In this document: positions 27,047-39,235 of the stretch, piece by piece
How positions within the stretch are numbered: position 1 is the first letter of the stretch
Layout: each line of letters opens with the position of its first letter
The notes under the pieces: model-generated
What the model saw: the letters and a program-made list of their open reading frames with translations, nothing else
Told to the model about the DNA's origin: nothing
Database searches by the model: none
From: Eledone cirrhosa
Lineage: Eukaryota
Direction of reading: 5' to 3'
Assembly: GCA_964016885.1 (NCBI GenBank)
Contig: OZ024746.1
Span: forward strand, 24,862,001-24,926,000
Length of the DNA stretch: 64,000 nt
Position numbers and translations under genes: made by a program

Positions 27047-29738
27047 TTAGCAGTTATTAGTTATAGATGTTATCGCCACTTTAGCAGGGTGGTAGAATCA
27101 GTGGTCGTTAGTTGCCAGTGTGGTAAGTGATAGTATCCTCGTTGGATTATCTTGTTGACATAGACGTGAGGGAAGGTCCCTCGATCTATTTACCATCTAT
27201 TCACAATATTCCTTTCGTCAGGTCGCCAATTCCAGCAGCATGGATTAAAGATGTCATTGAGACACGAGTAACATAACAACGACTTCAACCGCAGTAATTA
27301 GAGATGAAATGTTTGTTTATTTATATGGTTGAAGTTACAGATAAAAAGAGGTTACAAAAGGGAATGTGCCATTGCGCCGTTAAGCCGGCGAGGCTAGGGG
27401 TGCAATATCTCACTGTTACATTATGCGTGTTGCTGGCTTGAAGTTTCCGGTACAAGAGCGAGATTCTTCAAATCTTCGCGGTGAATTTCTTCCTCAGGGC
27501 GCGTAGGGATACATCCTCTTCTACTGGCGCTGATTGGCTGAACTGAGCCAAATCACGCACAGAGAATGTATGTGAGCCCGCGGAATGTAGGTCACTACAT
27601 CACCTCCAACCAGATTTTCAGGCGAAAATCGATAACGAAGAAACCAAGGACTCACATATTAAATCAGCAAGAACAAATGCTGAAAGAGCACATCAGTGAA
27701 AAAAATAATTGAGAAGGTTGCATGCAAGAACAAAAAATGAGGCGCTACGGGCCGTGTTGAGCCGCTGTGTCAAATGACCAGTTGTTTTGTTGTTTATACG
27801 TGACCGCCAAAGGTCTAACAAAAAACGGATAAAGTCTGACATGGGCGAAGTTGCTGTTCTTGCATTAAATGTTAATGGTAAGCGTTGTACCAGTAGCTGT
27901 GAACGAAGCTATTATGGTAGTTTACCAGTGCTGGCGAGAAAATGATGGCCCCCAGATGTATTGTCGAATGTGCTGTGGAGCCAGGAAAAAATGGCTGGTT
28001 GCTTTGTAAAGAACAAAAGGCAAGTTTAATTTGTAGGTGGGTTGCAGTGTAAATTCCATAATTTGGGCGAATCCACAGAAGTGGCCGAAATGCTAACAAG
28101 TCCAGTTCAATTTGTTGCTTTCCCAGCGAGTCGGGCAAAAACAACTAGACGGATGGCCGTCATGGACGATCAGTGTGCAACGAGATGCGAAGCTGTTTGA
28201 GTTCAGCGGCAATTAGTATTCTCGTGTTGCGGTGACTGTTTGAATCCAGTGGATTAAGCTCTGTGAGCTGCTAGCATGTGACAGCATCTCAACCAGGTGA
28301 AAAGGGACTCGCAGAATATTACGTTTGAAGAACATATACCAAGAACAACATGTTGGTGTGTGATAAAAAAAAATGTGTGCATATGCAGGCATGTAAAACA
28401 GCAAAGAATGTGAATGAACAAAAACCATGAGCAAGCAAATAGCAAAAGAGCACAAAACAAGTAAATGCATTCTACAAAGAAATATGTGAATGTAACAAAC
28501 TGATAATTCAAAGTCAATCTAGGGGAGCAGAGAAATTGCTCAATAAGTTCAAAGTTTTTCAAAGTCAAATAGTTCACACATCACCAGTGTACAGACACTA
28601 GTTCTATCTGAAAACTGAAAAAGAAGTTTGTTAATGCCGTTAGGGGTTAGATGTATGGTGTTTTTGTGAGATTTCGTGGCCATTTTCCCGTCCCGCCACA
28701 CGGTTGTGTTGCTTATTGTTAAAGCAAAGTCAAAGAATCTTCTGTAGAGTAGGAGTCACCAAATATGGCAGTCACGTCTGACGCCATAATGGTGAGAAAA
28801 CTACTGTCTCAATTTCTCGCGTCCCTGTGGTAACGAGACAGAAGGTATGGTGGTTGCGTCGGCAAAGTTACAAGCCGTTTTGAAATTTCCGATGTGTGGT
28901 GGTTGGCGTTGGTAAGGTTATGAAGCTGCCACTCACTGTTTCCTGTATTGGTCAGTGGTTAAACAACGCTGTCGCTGCTGCTGTCATTGTTGTTGTCAAG
29001 CGTAGCCATGACATGTCGGTAGTCATCTTGAAATTTTTTCGTGGCGAAAAAGTTTTTGAAATACTGCTAATTTTTCAAAAATCTTAAAAGGAATATTCTG
29101 GATTTTCGCAAGTTGCGACGTGGCAATAAAAGTTAAACTGAATGAATAAGAAGGGCTGCGTGACATTCTTACGTCGGTCACCACTTTAGCAGTTATTAGT
29201 TATAGATGTTATCGCCACTTTAGCAGGGTGGTAGAATCAGTGGTCGTTAGTTGCCAGTGTGGTAAGTGATAGTATCCTCGTTGGATTATCTTGTTGACAT
29301 AGACGTGAGGGAAGGTCCCTCGATCTATTTACCATCTATTCACAATATTCCTTTCGTCAGGTCGCCAATTCCAGCAGCATGGATTAAAGATGTCATTGAG
29401 ACACGAGTAACATAACAACGACTTCAACCGCAGTAATTAGAGATGAAATGTTTGTTTATTTATATGGTTGAAGTTACAGATAAAAAGAGGTTACAAAAGG
29501 GAATGTGCCATTGCGCCGTTAAGCCGGCGAGGCTAGGGGTGCAATATCTCACTGTTACATTATGCGTGTTGCTGGCTTGAAGTTTCCGGTACAAGAGCGA
29601 GATTCTTCAAATCTTCGCGGTGAATTTCTTCCTCAGGGCGCGTAGGGATACATCCTCTTCTACTGGCGCTGATTGGCTGAACTGAGCCAAATCACGCACA
29701 GAGAATGTATGTGAGCCCGCGGAATGTAGGTCACTACA
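27047..29738 (-). mobile_element. Non-autonomous LTR retroelement with 553-bp LTRs at 27047-27599 and 29186-29738
   Basis: The two direct repeats look identical by eye. 5-bp TSD GTCCT at 27042-27046 and 29739-29743. The minus-strand LTR starts TGTAGTG. PBS-like TGGTGACCGACGT (29171-29183, resembles the complement of the tRNA-Trp 3' end). Purine-rich GGTTGGAGGTGA precedes the 3' LTR. The 1.6-kb interior has no recognisable gag/pol ORF. Confidence 0.9.
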
Positions 29739-30335
29739 GTCCTATCATCTGCATTCGCCTTTACCAACACTCTGGCTTTCATTTCCTTTAATCATCTTTC
29801 TTGATCTTCCTCGATTTGCTTCCACTCATTTTATCACTCCTCTCATCTCATCATTTTTCATCCTTCTGCAACACATGACTCAGTCTTCTCAATCAAATTC
29901 TCTTCACATTTATCACTAACTCCATTCCCAAGTCATTGTTTGATTGACTTCTTTCTCTGCTCATTCACCAAACAATTTCTCTTCACAACATCCATCACTG
30001 GCTATATTCCTTGCACTAACTGGTCACTTTAATCCTTCCCCAACACACAACTCAGCCATCTCATTCCATTTCTCTTCACAATATTCATCATTGGCTCTAT
30101 TGCCATCATACACTGCAATTCATTGTCTGTCTTCCCCTCTTTCAACGCTACTCTGTTCATCCAACAAGCCATTCTCAATTTTATTCTTTCCAGCATTCTC
30201 AACTGTTCCATGATCATCACTTATGTCTCACTCCTATAAACCATGGCACTTCTCACACATACAGCATACGCCTTTCCCTTCTCTTCTGTCCAGACATCTC
30301 TGCTGCTCAATACTCATTGCCGATGTCTAACTCCT
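29739..30335 (-). mobile_element. Decayed 3' end of an RTE-type LINE that is the target of the LTR insertion and continues at ~26995-27046
   Basis: TTTGTCCT|ATCATCTGCATTC rejoins across the LTR element and matches related remnants at 34845-35100 and 63040-63250. The segment 30100-30258 is also present at 26320-26450. Confidence 0.65.
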
Positions 30336-30415
30336 TTAAAAAAAAGTAATCAACAACAACCAAACAAATAAATTGGTGAAGGTGAAGAAAAAAAAACTTG
30401 TTTTAATGATTCAAT

Positions 30416-30821
30416 TCATTTGTCTTTTTGAGAGATTTGTTGTAGTGAAGCTGTCTGTGTAGTGAGAGTTGGTTGGCATGAAACAGCTGCTGAGCCACCC
30501 ATCTGCTGGGGTTGTGAGCTAGCGGTGACACCAGGGCCAACACCACCTCCCTGTACAGACTGAATCCCCACACCACCAGGACCACTACCAGTGGCCCCTG
30601 TCTGTTGCAGTTGCTGCTGCTGCTGCTGTTGTTGTTGCTGCTGTTGCTGAGATGTTGCCAGTTCAGCCTGTGCCTGTAACAGCGCCATCCGTTTGCGCTG
30701 GTAGTGCTGCCAGTGCAACAGTTGTTGGTCATCAATAAACTTGGCACACTGCAAGTTTACCAGTTCTTTGCGGAAATGTTCATACTGCAAGAGTTCGAGG
30801 AAGTGCAAACATTGTGGATAC
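30416..30821 (-). CDS. MED31: Mediator subunit 31 (SOH1 family), last coding exon, with a polyQ and Gly/Ser-rich tail
   Basis: Acceptor TATCTTAG|G. Encodes YPQCLHFLELLQYEHFRKELVNLQCAKFIDDQQLLHWQHYQRKRM, the conserved MED31 C-terminal half. Stop TGA at 30418-30416. Confidence 0.95.
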
Positions 30822-31907
30822 CTAAGATACAAAGGAGACAGAAAATTAATCACAAGACATCACCATCATCTCACATCTGCTTTACATGCTGGCTTGGGCT
30901 GGATGGGTTGTCACTGTCTGAGACAAGAGTGGTCGAAGAACCATGCCTTGGAGATATATTCTATGTTTAGCACGGTTTCTACAGCTGGATGCCCTTCATA
31001 ACACCAACACTACCACATTACAGTGTATTGGTTATATTTTACCATGGCGCCAGCACAAACACTTTACTGAGTGCACTATATACATTTTATCATAGCTGCA
31101 GCACCTTACAGGATGTACTGGGTGCATTTTATCATGGCACCTACACTACTACTTTACAGTATTCTGAGTTCATTTTATTGTAGCGCCAGCACTATGTAAG
31201 TATGTATAATCAACAAAATAAAAAGAAAAAGGCACAAAAAATAAATTGTGTAAAAGGGAAAAGAAATTGAAAATATATTAAAGTTTACAAAGACATCTTA
31301 AATTTCTTTTTTTTAAAGACACACAAGTGTGGGGCTGAATGATGAAGAATTTCACTTCACAAATGATGAAGTTCTGAGTTCAATCCAAGCTTTGTCAGTG
31401 AAATTGGGTAGATGGGAATTATTTAGAAGCTTGTCAAATGGACTGTACCTGTAATTCAAAGGGTCCAGCCTTGTTACTGTGTCATGTTGAATCTCACATA
31501 TTGTATCATGCTGACTTGGTCTGAGAATTATGTTAAAAGTAGACATGCCTGTGGAATACTCAGTCACTTGCACATTAATTTAAAGGTGAAAGTGTTAAAG
31601 AGTCAGACAGGACGGTTTGCAGTATCTGATCCAGCTCTGTACATTCTCAGTTCAAATTTCAACTCATACCAGTAGTTGCAACTAGCAGACAGTATCAACA
31701 ATGGAAACATTGTTTCCTTGGTTCAATCTGATGATTAGCTATTCTGTTGATCAAACAACTGGAATGCTTCTAGTTGGAACCATCAGAGGATCAATCATTG
31801 TAACAAAACAGAGAATGGAATGGAATATCGAACAGACTATTGAGTGTTCTAGTTATTCAATCAACAGGAGAGCCTGCTTGTGAAATTAATGTGCATTACA
31901 CACGTAC

Positions 31908-33620
31908 ATGATCATCATTTTACCTTCGTTTTTCCCTGCTTGCAAGGATGGGACAGGTCCTATTCAGGCCAGCATCTCTCCACTTGTCACGGTCCTTCGT
32001 CATCCCCACCGTGAGCTTCAGCGATCTGAGGTCTGCTCTCACCACCTCCGCACATGTTTTTCGTGGTCTTCCTCTACTGCGTCTTCCTTCAACTGGCATT
32101 TCTTGGCACTTCTTTACCCAGCGGTCATCCTCCATGCGCATCAAATGTCCATACCATCGCAGTCTTCTCTCCCGCACACAATTTATCCCTCTAAACAGTT
32201 TCTCTCTCAACACATACATGCTCGGTCGTTCACGTACATTGACATCACATCCAACGGAGCATGCTTGCTTCATTTCTCTCCAGCTGTCGCATGTCCTTTC
32301 CAGTTGCTGCCCATACCATGCAGCATCGAGCACCTCACACATGCATCATATAACTGGCCTTTCGTACGCAGGGAGAAACCCTTCTTTGTCAGCAAAGCAG
32401 CTCCCTAAACTTCTTCCAACCCATCCTTATTCTAGATACTATGGCCTCATAACACCCCCCTCCCATGCTAATCTGATCACCTAGGTAGCGGAAGCTATCA
32501 ACCACTTCTATAGAACCTACCTGCATTTGAAAAATGTGTCTATCAATGCGACTTCTACTGTAAAATTTCCCTGTACATCTACTGCATACGTATTTTTTCC
32601 CTACCTGTTAGTTTGCCTGCTATCCCGCAACATCTCTTGTGTATCCAAGATCTGCATTGTGTGCATTTTATAGAATTTATGCCAGTTCCTTTTCTGCATA
32701 TTGAACATGGCCATTTCCCTGACGGAATCAGAGTTTTATCCTCTTTTCTACTCATCAACACTTTTGTCTTAGCTAGGTTCACTCTCAGTCCTCTTAATTC
32801 CAACTGCTGTTTCCATAGCCAGAATTTATTCTCTAGCTCCTCTACTGATTCTGCTATAAGAACCAGATCGTCAGCATAGAGAAGTTCCCATGGGCAGCCA
32901 GTCTTAAACTCCTCTGTTATGACTTGGAAGACTATAATGAACAAGAGCGGGCTGAGGACCGAACCCTGATGTACTCCTACTTGTATCTGGAATTCCTCAC
33001 TGAACTCCATTCCTACCCTCACTTTAGTGACAGCACCTCTGTACAAAGCTTGCACTGTCCTCATAAGCCATTCCTCAACACCTAGTTTCCTCAGGGACCA
33101 CCAGATGACAGATTGGGGTTCAGTATCAAAGGCCTTCTCTAGGTCAACAAAAGTTAAGTATAGTGGCTTATTCTTCTCTAAGAACCTCTCTTGTAGTTGT
33201 CTCACTAAGAAGAGGGCATCTGTTGTACTTTTCCCAGGCACAAAACCAAACTGCATCTCATCTAGTTTGACCCTTTCTCTAATTAGTTGCGCTAATATCC
33301 TTTCTGCCACTTTCATAACCTGATCCATCAGTTTTATGTCCCTATAATTGCTCCTCTGCAGAGCATCCCCTTTACCTTTGTAGCAATTTATGAGAATACT
33401 GCTGCACCAGTCTTTGGGTATGAACCGCCATATATAGCCTGATTGATGACGCGTGCAACCAGTTTAGTTCCTACGTCCTCTGATGCCTTCAGCATCTCAG
33501 CAACTATCCCCGATGGCCCAGCGGCCTTACCATTTTTCATTTCCTTAATCGCCTCTTGAACCCTATATTCGTCAATCTCAATAGCTGGTCCCTCTGTTGG
33601 ATCTACTGGGGGTAATTTCT
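31908..33620 (-). mobile_element. 5'-truncated, disrupted RTE-clade LINE in MED31 intron 3
   Basis: RT motifs GKAAGPSGIVAEMLK, QFGFVPGKSTTDA, FVDLEKAFD, GVHQGSVLSPLLF and LLYADD. C-terminal RRLRWYGHLMRM...GRRSRGRPRKT is typical of RTE. Short (GAT)n-type tail near 31910. Confidence 0.92.
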
Positions 33621-33896
33621 CTCTATATATACATATACCTTTAAAATAATTCCCAGGAAAATACAGCATAACACATTGTGTGACAAGGTTGGCCCTTTCA
33701 TTTACAGGTACAAGCCATCCAAATAGCTTCTGTCTACCCAATTTCACTTGCAAGACTTGGGTTAACTTGAAGCTACAGTAAATGACACTTGCTTAAAATG
33801 CCATACAGAGGGACCAAATCCATGACCTTATAATTGCTAAGTGAACTTCTGAAGTTATTTGGCCATGCAGAGAATTAAAAGAAATGACTGACTCAC

Positions 33897-33993
33897 TTGA
33901 GGTATTTGGCATACTTTGCTTCTTTCCAATACTGAAGATATTTTAAATAATTCACAAATGATGGGTCTTTGAAATAATTTCTTTGGGCAAGAA
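33897..33993 (-). CDS. MED31: Mediator subunit 31, internal exon (97 bp)
   Basis: TTTGCAG|...|GTGAGT. Encodes (F)[32 protein letters not shown]. Phases fit both neighbouring exons. Confidence 0.95.
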
Positions 33994-34534
33994 CTGCAAA
34001 GATATTACATCTTATGTAATTGAAATTGAAACTCACGAAAGAAATGACAAAAAAAAAAAAAAACAAGTGGAGAGATGCTGTACTGGATTTGTCTAAGCCA
34101 TGCAAGCATGGAAAAAAATGGATGTTAAAAACAATGATGATGATAATGATGAAATAGAAAATACTAGTTAATAATTAAAAACAACAATGAATAAAAAAAC
34201 TTCCTGGTCTACTACCTGTTGTATCAGCATTATCATTAGATTTCAAAGTTAGATAAATTGTCTCTGTTGCTTATTTCAACAGTCACTTCTATTTTTCTCT
34301 GGTCTATCACATTTAATGTTATTCCAAACATGATTTCTCTCACCTCTCCATTTGGTTACAATCAACACTAGATTCCTACTGGTTTTAATGCTGATTAATA
34401 TTCTTCATATATCTAATTAATCATAAACGCCTAACCCATGCATCTGTGGAATATGGACGTTAAATGATGATGATGATATTCCTAGAGGCTTTGATACATC
34501 TCTTATAATAATCAATTCAAAATGTTAGTATGTA

Positions 34535-34568
<34 letters not shown>

Positions 34569-35461
34569 CATAATGACATAATGTGTATGGATGTTGATAT
34601 GACTGAATACACACATGCTTTTTCTTAAAAAATATTTTTATGTTTCTTCCTCTTCTCACTCCCTATCTTTCTATTTCATCTTTTATTTCTCATTCTATTT
34701 TCTGATGGAGGACTAGTGTCCGAAGCAAAGACTATAACAAGCATTAAACTAATATATTTCTGCATTATACTGAGTTGTTTGCTTTGTTTTTTCTGTTTAC
34801 TCTTTGTATATATATATATATATACACATATACATGCAACAACTGTTTCAAGACCATTTTCCCTGATAAAGCAGGGATAAAACTTGCAGGTCCCATGCCT
34901 CTGTTGTCCCCTATCATCTGCATTCTCCCTCACCAATCCTGTTTTTCCTTTCTTTCTCCATGATCTTTCTTGGTCTTCCCCTTCCTCTACTTCTTTCCCC
35001 ATTTATTTCCATCAGTCCCCTCACCCAGTCACTTTCATTCTTCTTCAACACATGATCCAACCATCTCATTCTATTTCTCTTCCCAACAATTATCACTGGC
35101 TATACATATATACATAGTACTGTGTAAAGTGGTTGATGATAAGAAGAGCAGCCAGCCATAGAAACAGATCCAAACAAGGGGTTAAGAGGACTCTTTAGTT
35201 TTGCCAAGGACATTCAACTTCCATAATGCCAGTGCCATGATAAAATGCACAAAGTACACTTAGTAACGTCGTTGAAGATAGGAAAGGCACTCAGCTGTGA
35301 AAACCTAGCCTAAACCAGAATATATTTAAGCAATTAAGTACCGATTTGTTCTGTAATGACTTGGCTAACCCATGCCAACATAGATTCCTGCATTAACAGA
35401 ATAAAGTTTTGACTGATGTCAACTGAAAATATAACTAAATTAAAGAATATATAAAACTTAC

Positions 35462-35542
35462 AATTTAAGTAATTTGGATTAGCAAGACATTGGACAAATT
35501 CCATCTCCACTTGAAATCGAATTTTTTGTTGTTCATCAGTCT
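35462..35542 (-). CDS. MED31: Mediator subunit 31, internal exon (81 bp)
   Basis: TTTAG|AG ACT GAT...AAT T|GTAAGT. Encodes (E)TDEQQKIRFQVEMEFVQCLANPNYLN, the hallmark MED31 N-terminal motif. Absent from the ORF track and translated by hand. Confidence 0.95.
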
Positions 35543-36138
35543 CTAAATGTAGAATAGAAAAACAAAAATTATTAACTCATTCGCTTTCATTTAAAAAATT
35601 CTTTTTTCGAAAATTATCAAGAATTTACTGATATAACATATTTTCCTTCTTATATATTTGGTGTTTGGGACACGATTTGATCATTTTTTTTACATAGAAT
35701 TATGATGTAAGATTTTTTAGATAAATATAACAATTTTATATCGTAGAACCAAGGGTAGGTTAGTATCAAAAGTGGCCGGGACCACAAGGCAGACTGTCCC
35801 TTAGGTATGAACGTCATAATTTGCAATTGTAATAAACCATCACTTTAAAGGGAAGTAGAGGAGTGGCACTAAACTGTAGTTATACCAACTCACTCCAATA
35901 AGAGAGAAGATACCGAAGAACAATATTCACTATAAAATAAATAACCATATTTTTAAGTTAATTTTTTTTAAATCAGAAACTGATGAAATTTCGGGACTGA
36001 CAGCCACAATATTTTGTTGTTTGTATTTAAATATATTTCATCCTTAATAAATTGCAAATGAAAAAAAAAAAACATTTAAAATTTTCAGAATGTGAAACAA
36101 CTAATGCTTTCAAATGTAAACAAAGATTATATATATAT

Positions 36139-36160
36139 CCCTCCGGACTTTCGCAAACAT
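36139..36160 (-). CDS. MED31: Candidate first coding exon of MED31 (MFAKVRR...)
   Basis: ACCATG Kozak-like start in a locally CpG-richer, promoter-like stretch ~600 bp upstream of exon 2. The splice donor is unresolved (see findings). Confidence 0.45.
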
Positions 36161-36417
36161 GGTAGCGTTAGCCCACGACGTGTCAACATCTGATCACGTC
36201 ACACCGCTGCCGGTTGCTTTTGAAACGATTACATAACAGCTCCACATCAGTATCACAGAAATACGAATAAATATGATTAGTTTATTTCATACATGGAAAC
36301 TCTGTTACGTTTGATCACCACCTTTATGCTGGATAGATACAACTAGCGTAGAGTGCTCTAACCTATTTACACCTGTTTATCAACACGTGTGTGTGTATAT
36401 ATATATTTTGTTTACAG

Positions 36418-37328
36418 TGTAGCAAGAGTTGCCTCCCTTGTCATGACAATCTCATCACCGCTCTCTAGACAGGAAGTAGCTGGAGTTACTTCCCTTTGGG
36501 GTGATAGAACCCTTTTGGTCACTTCCGGTCGGACTCTATAAAAGGAACAGGTTAGGACGATCTCTCTCTCGCCTCTTGAATCCCAAAGTGGTAACAACAC
36601 CTGCGACCTTGTCATGAGATGACTCCTCTCTCATTTTCCTTCGCCACTCAAGAAGAATGCCACCGGCAGCCTAAGGACCTAAGATGTTAACACCTCCAAG
36701 AGAAGATCTCTCCTTTTCTCCACACACTTCAGCCTAGGAGTTGTGATCCACAGGTAATGATTTATTTATATTAATCCCTTTGACTTCTGTGAAGTAAAAC
36801 CTTGTCACAACGCACACCGGCATTTATTGTCATTTCTAATAATGCATATATATGTACACCGATACTATTAGGAGATTAGTATTGGTGTACATATAAAATT
36901 ATTAGAAAAGACAATAAATGCCGGTGTGTGTTGTGACAAGGTTTTTACTTCACAGAAGTCAAAGGGATTAATATAAATAAATCATTACCCGTGGATCACA
37001 ACTCCTAGGCTGAAGTGTGTGGAGAAAAGGAGAGATCTTCTCTTGGAGGTGTTAACATCTTAGGTCCTTAGGCTGCCGGTGGCATTCTTCTTGAGTGGCG
37101 AAGGAAAATGAGAGAGGAGTCATCTCATGACAAGGTCGCAGGTGTTGTTACCACTTTGGGATTCAGGAGGCGAGAGAGAGATCGATCGTCCTTACCTGTT
37201 CCTTTTATAGGGTCCGACCGGAAGTGACCAAAAGGGTTCTATCACCCCAAAGGGAAGTAACTCCAGCTACTTCCTGTCTAGGGAGTGGTGATGAGATTGT
37301 CATGACAAGGGAGGCAACTCTTGCTACA
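36418..37328. repeat. 911-bp near-perfect palindrome of two inverted LTR-like arms; a third partial copy lies at 37556-37737
   Basis: Starts TGTAGCAAGAGTTGCCTCC and ends GGAGGCAACTCTTGCTACA. The arms match throughout with few mismatches and meet at ~36873 with a loop of about 10 nt. TATA-like CTATAAAAGG at ~36536. Confidence 0.95.
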
Positions 37329-38103
37329 TTACCTCCCGCCAGAGTTTTAAAACATAAAAATCGAATGAAACATGCATGGAGTAAGATGGTGAGCATGTAA
37401 GAGGTATGAAAATTATGAGAAAAAATAATGTTTGCAATAAAAGGAAAACTGCAAATTATATGCATGTAAAAATCAATGATAGATATCAAGGTAGCCAACC
37501 GCTCTTGGCCAGAGAACTATCTATCCATCACTCAAAGATACAATGTAATCAAAGTAAGAGAAGATCTCTGTTCTTCTCCACACACTTCAGCCTAGGAGTT
37601 GTGACCCACGGGTAATGATTTATTTATATTAATCCCTTTGACTTCTGTGAAGTAAAAACCTTGTCACAACACACACTGGCATTTATTGTCATTTCTAATA
37701 ATGCATATATGTACACCGATACTAATCTCCTAAAACAGTATGTGTGTGTGTGTAATCTGAATCTGGCGTGCAAAACTTAGAAATCCGAAGACTATATTAA
37801 AACATGATATAAGTTTAGATTTTTTTTAAAATCCCCGTTCAAACGAGTGCTCTGATTTATTTATTTATTAAATTTAACTAACAACATATTTATTTATTAA
37901 CGTTACAGTTGCCAATTCTTAAGATTTGCAGAAGATAAAGGGAAAATATATATATAATCATATACTGAAATTCATTGCTCATAAATTATATTTAAAAAAA
38001 ATTAAATGAAGACTAAACTGGTAGTATTTTGTCTTGCTACATGGGAACTGTTAACAAACACAAACTATCAAGACATCGTAAATAATGTGGAACCACACAC
38101 ACA

Positions 38104-38143
<40 letters not shown>

Positions 38144-38249
38144 GTACATATATAGACTGTCAAAACACATTGTAAATTATGTGGACAGCACACATATACA
38201 CACACATCATAATGTGGAACCACACACATTTATTAGCTTCAGCTAATTT

Positions 38250-38362
38250 TAGACCCCGCCGAGGTTAACTTTGCCTTTCATCCTTACAGGGTCGATAGAA
38301 TAAAGTACCAGTAATACACTGTGATAATTGCTGGCCTTGTGCCAAAAGTAGAAACAATTATT
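38250..38362 (+). mobile_element. 5'-truncated SINE family A
   Basis: CCCGCCGAGGTTAACTTTGCCTTTCATCCTTACAGGGTCGA...GGCCTTGTGCCAAAAGTAGAAACAATTATT. Confidence 0.8.
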
Positions 38363-39154
38363 TTAATTGTTTCTCTAAATAATTAACACAAACACTCCTT
38401 TAAATACATGAACATCATTTTATCTCTTTTCCACACGTCTGCTTGCATTTTGTATAATGATTTCTTTATTATTAATTGCTTAAAATGAAATTATGTTTGA
38501 TAATGATTCAAGAAAAGTATTGTCTTTGATTTAAATGAATGCAAAATGAATTTAATTACATCGAAGTCTACTAAAATGAAAAACCACCAAACATTCCGAG
38601 GGAGATTCAAGTCGTGACAATTGAAAATCAAACAAAACCAAAAGTGACACTGAAGGTTTAGCGCCTCTAAAATAGTTTTTCTGCTCATCTCTTCCACCAT
38701 CATTCTATTTACCAGGGCCATGAAACATTGACAATAAAATATATACAATCGGTAACATGATTATTGTTAATTATCTAGATGAAAGAATTGACAAGAAAGC
38801 CCTTGCTATTTTGACTTTCTCATTTTTATCCCATAACAATTTTCTAGTTTAGGTTTAGCCTTTGTATGTGTGTGTATATATGGCACTACAACGCTATTAG
38901 CTGTCAGTTGAAGCAGCCGATGAAAGCAAAACATCGTTTATTTCCGTATTACCACGCGTAAGTGGAGTTACTTAAATGAAAAATTTTTTTTTTTCACGCG
39001 TTTTTTTTTTTTTTTTATATTAAAGCATATAGATGTAAGTGGAGTTACTTAAACGAAAATATAGGTGGCGCTTAAAAGGGCCAAATTAGAATATATCGCT
39101 GCATTTATACAGTTTTACTAGTTACACATACACACACACACATATATATATATA

Positions 39155-39235
39155 CAGACGGTGTCACCTTCAAAATATATACACACTTTGATTACTTTGC
39201 TGTTGAAGTGTGTATACATTTTTGGGGACACTGTG
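39155..39235. mobile_element. Tiny Tc1/mariner-like MITE
   Basis: Inverted arms GGTGTCACCTTCAAAATATATACACACTT / AAGTGTGTATACATTTTTGGGGACACTG in a TA-rich context. Confidence 0.5.

Noticed and set aside
27872-29087. Short ORFs inside the LTR element as gag/pol
   Set aside because: No zinc knuckle, protease, RT or integrase motifs are recognisable.
30822-30853. N-terminus MINFLSPLYLR of the 145-aa ORF
   Set aside because: This is intronic polypyrimidine/acceptor sequence. The real exon begins at 30821.
31908-33323. Plus-strand ORFs overlapping the RTE (and minus-strand ORFs at 49552-50277)
   Set aside because: They are antisense shadows of the RT reading frame.
36412-37615. Small ORFs in the palindrome arms
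   Set aside because: They mirror each other because of the inverted repeat and have no recognisable domains.
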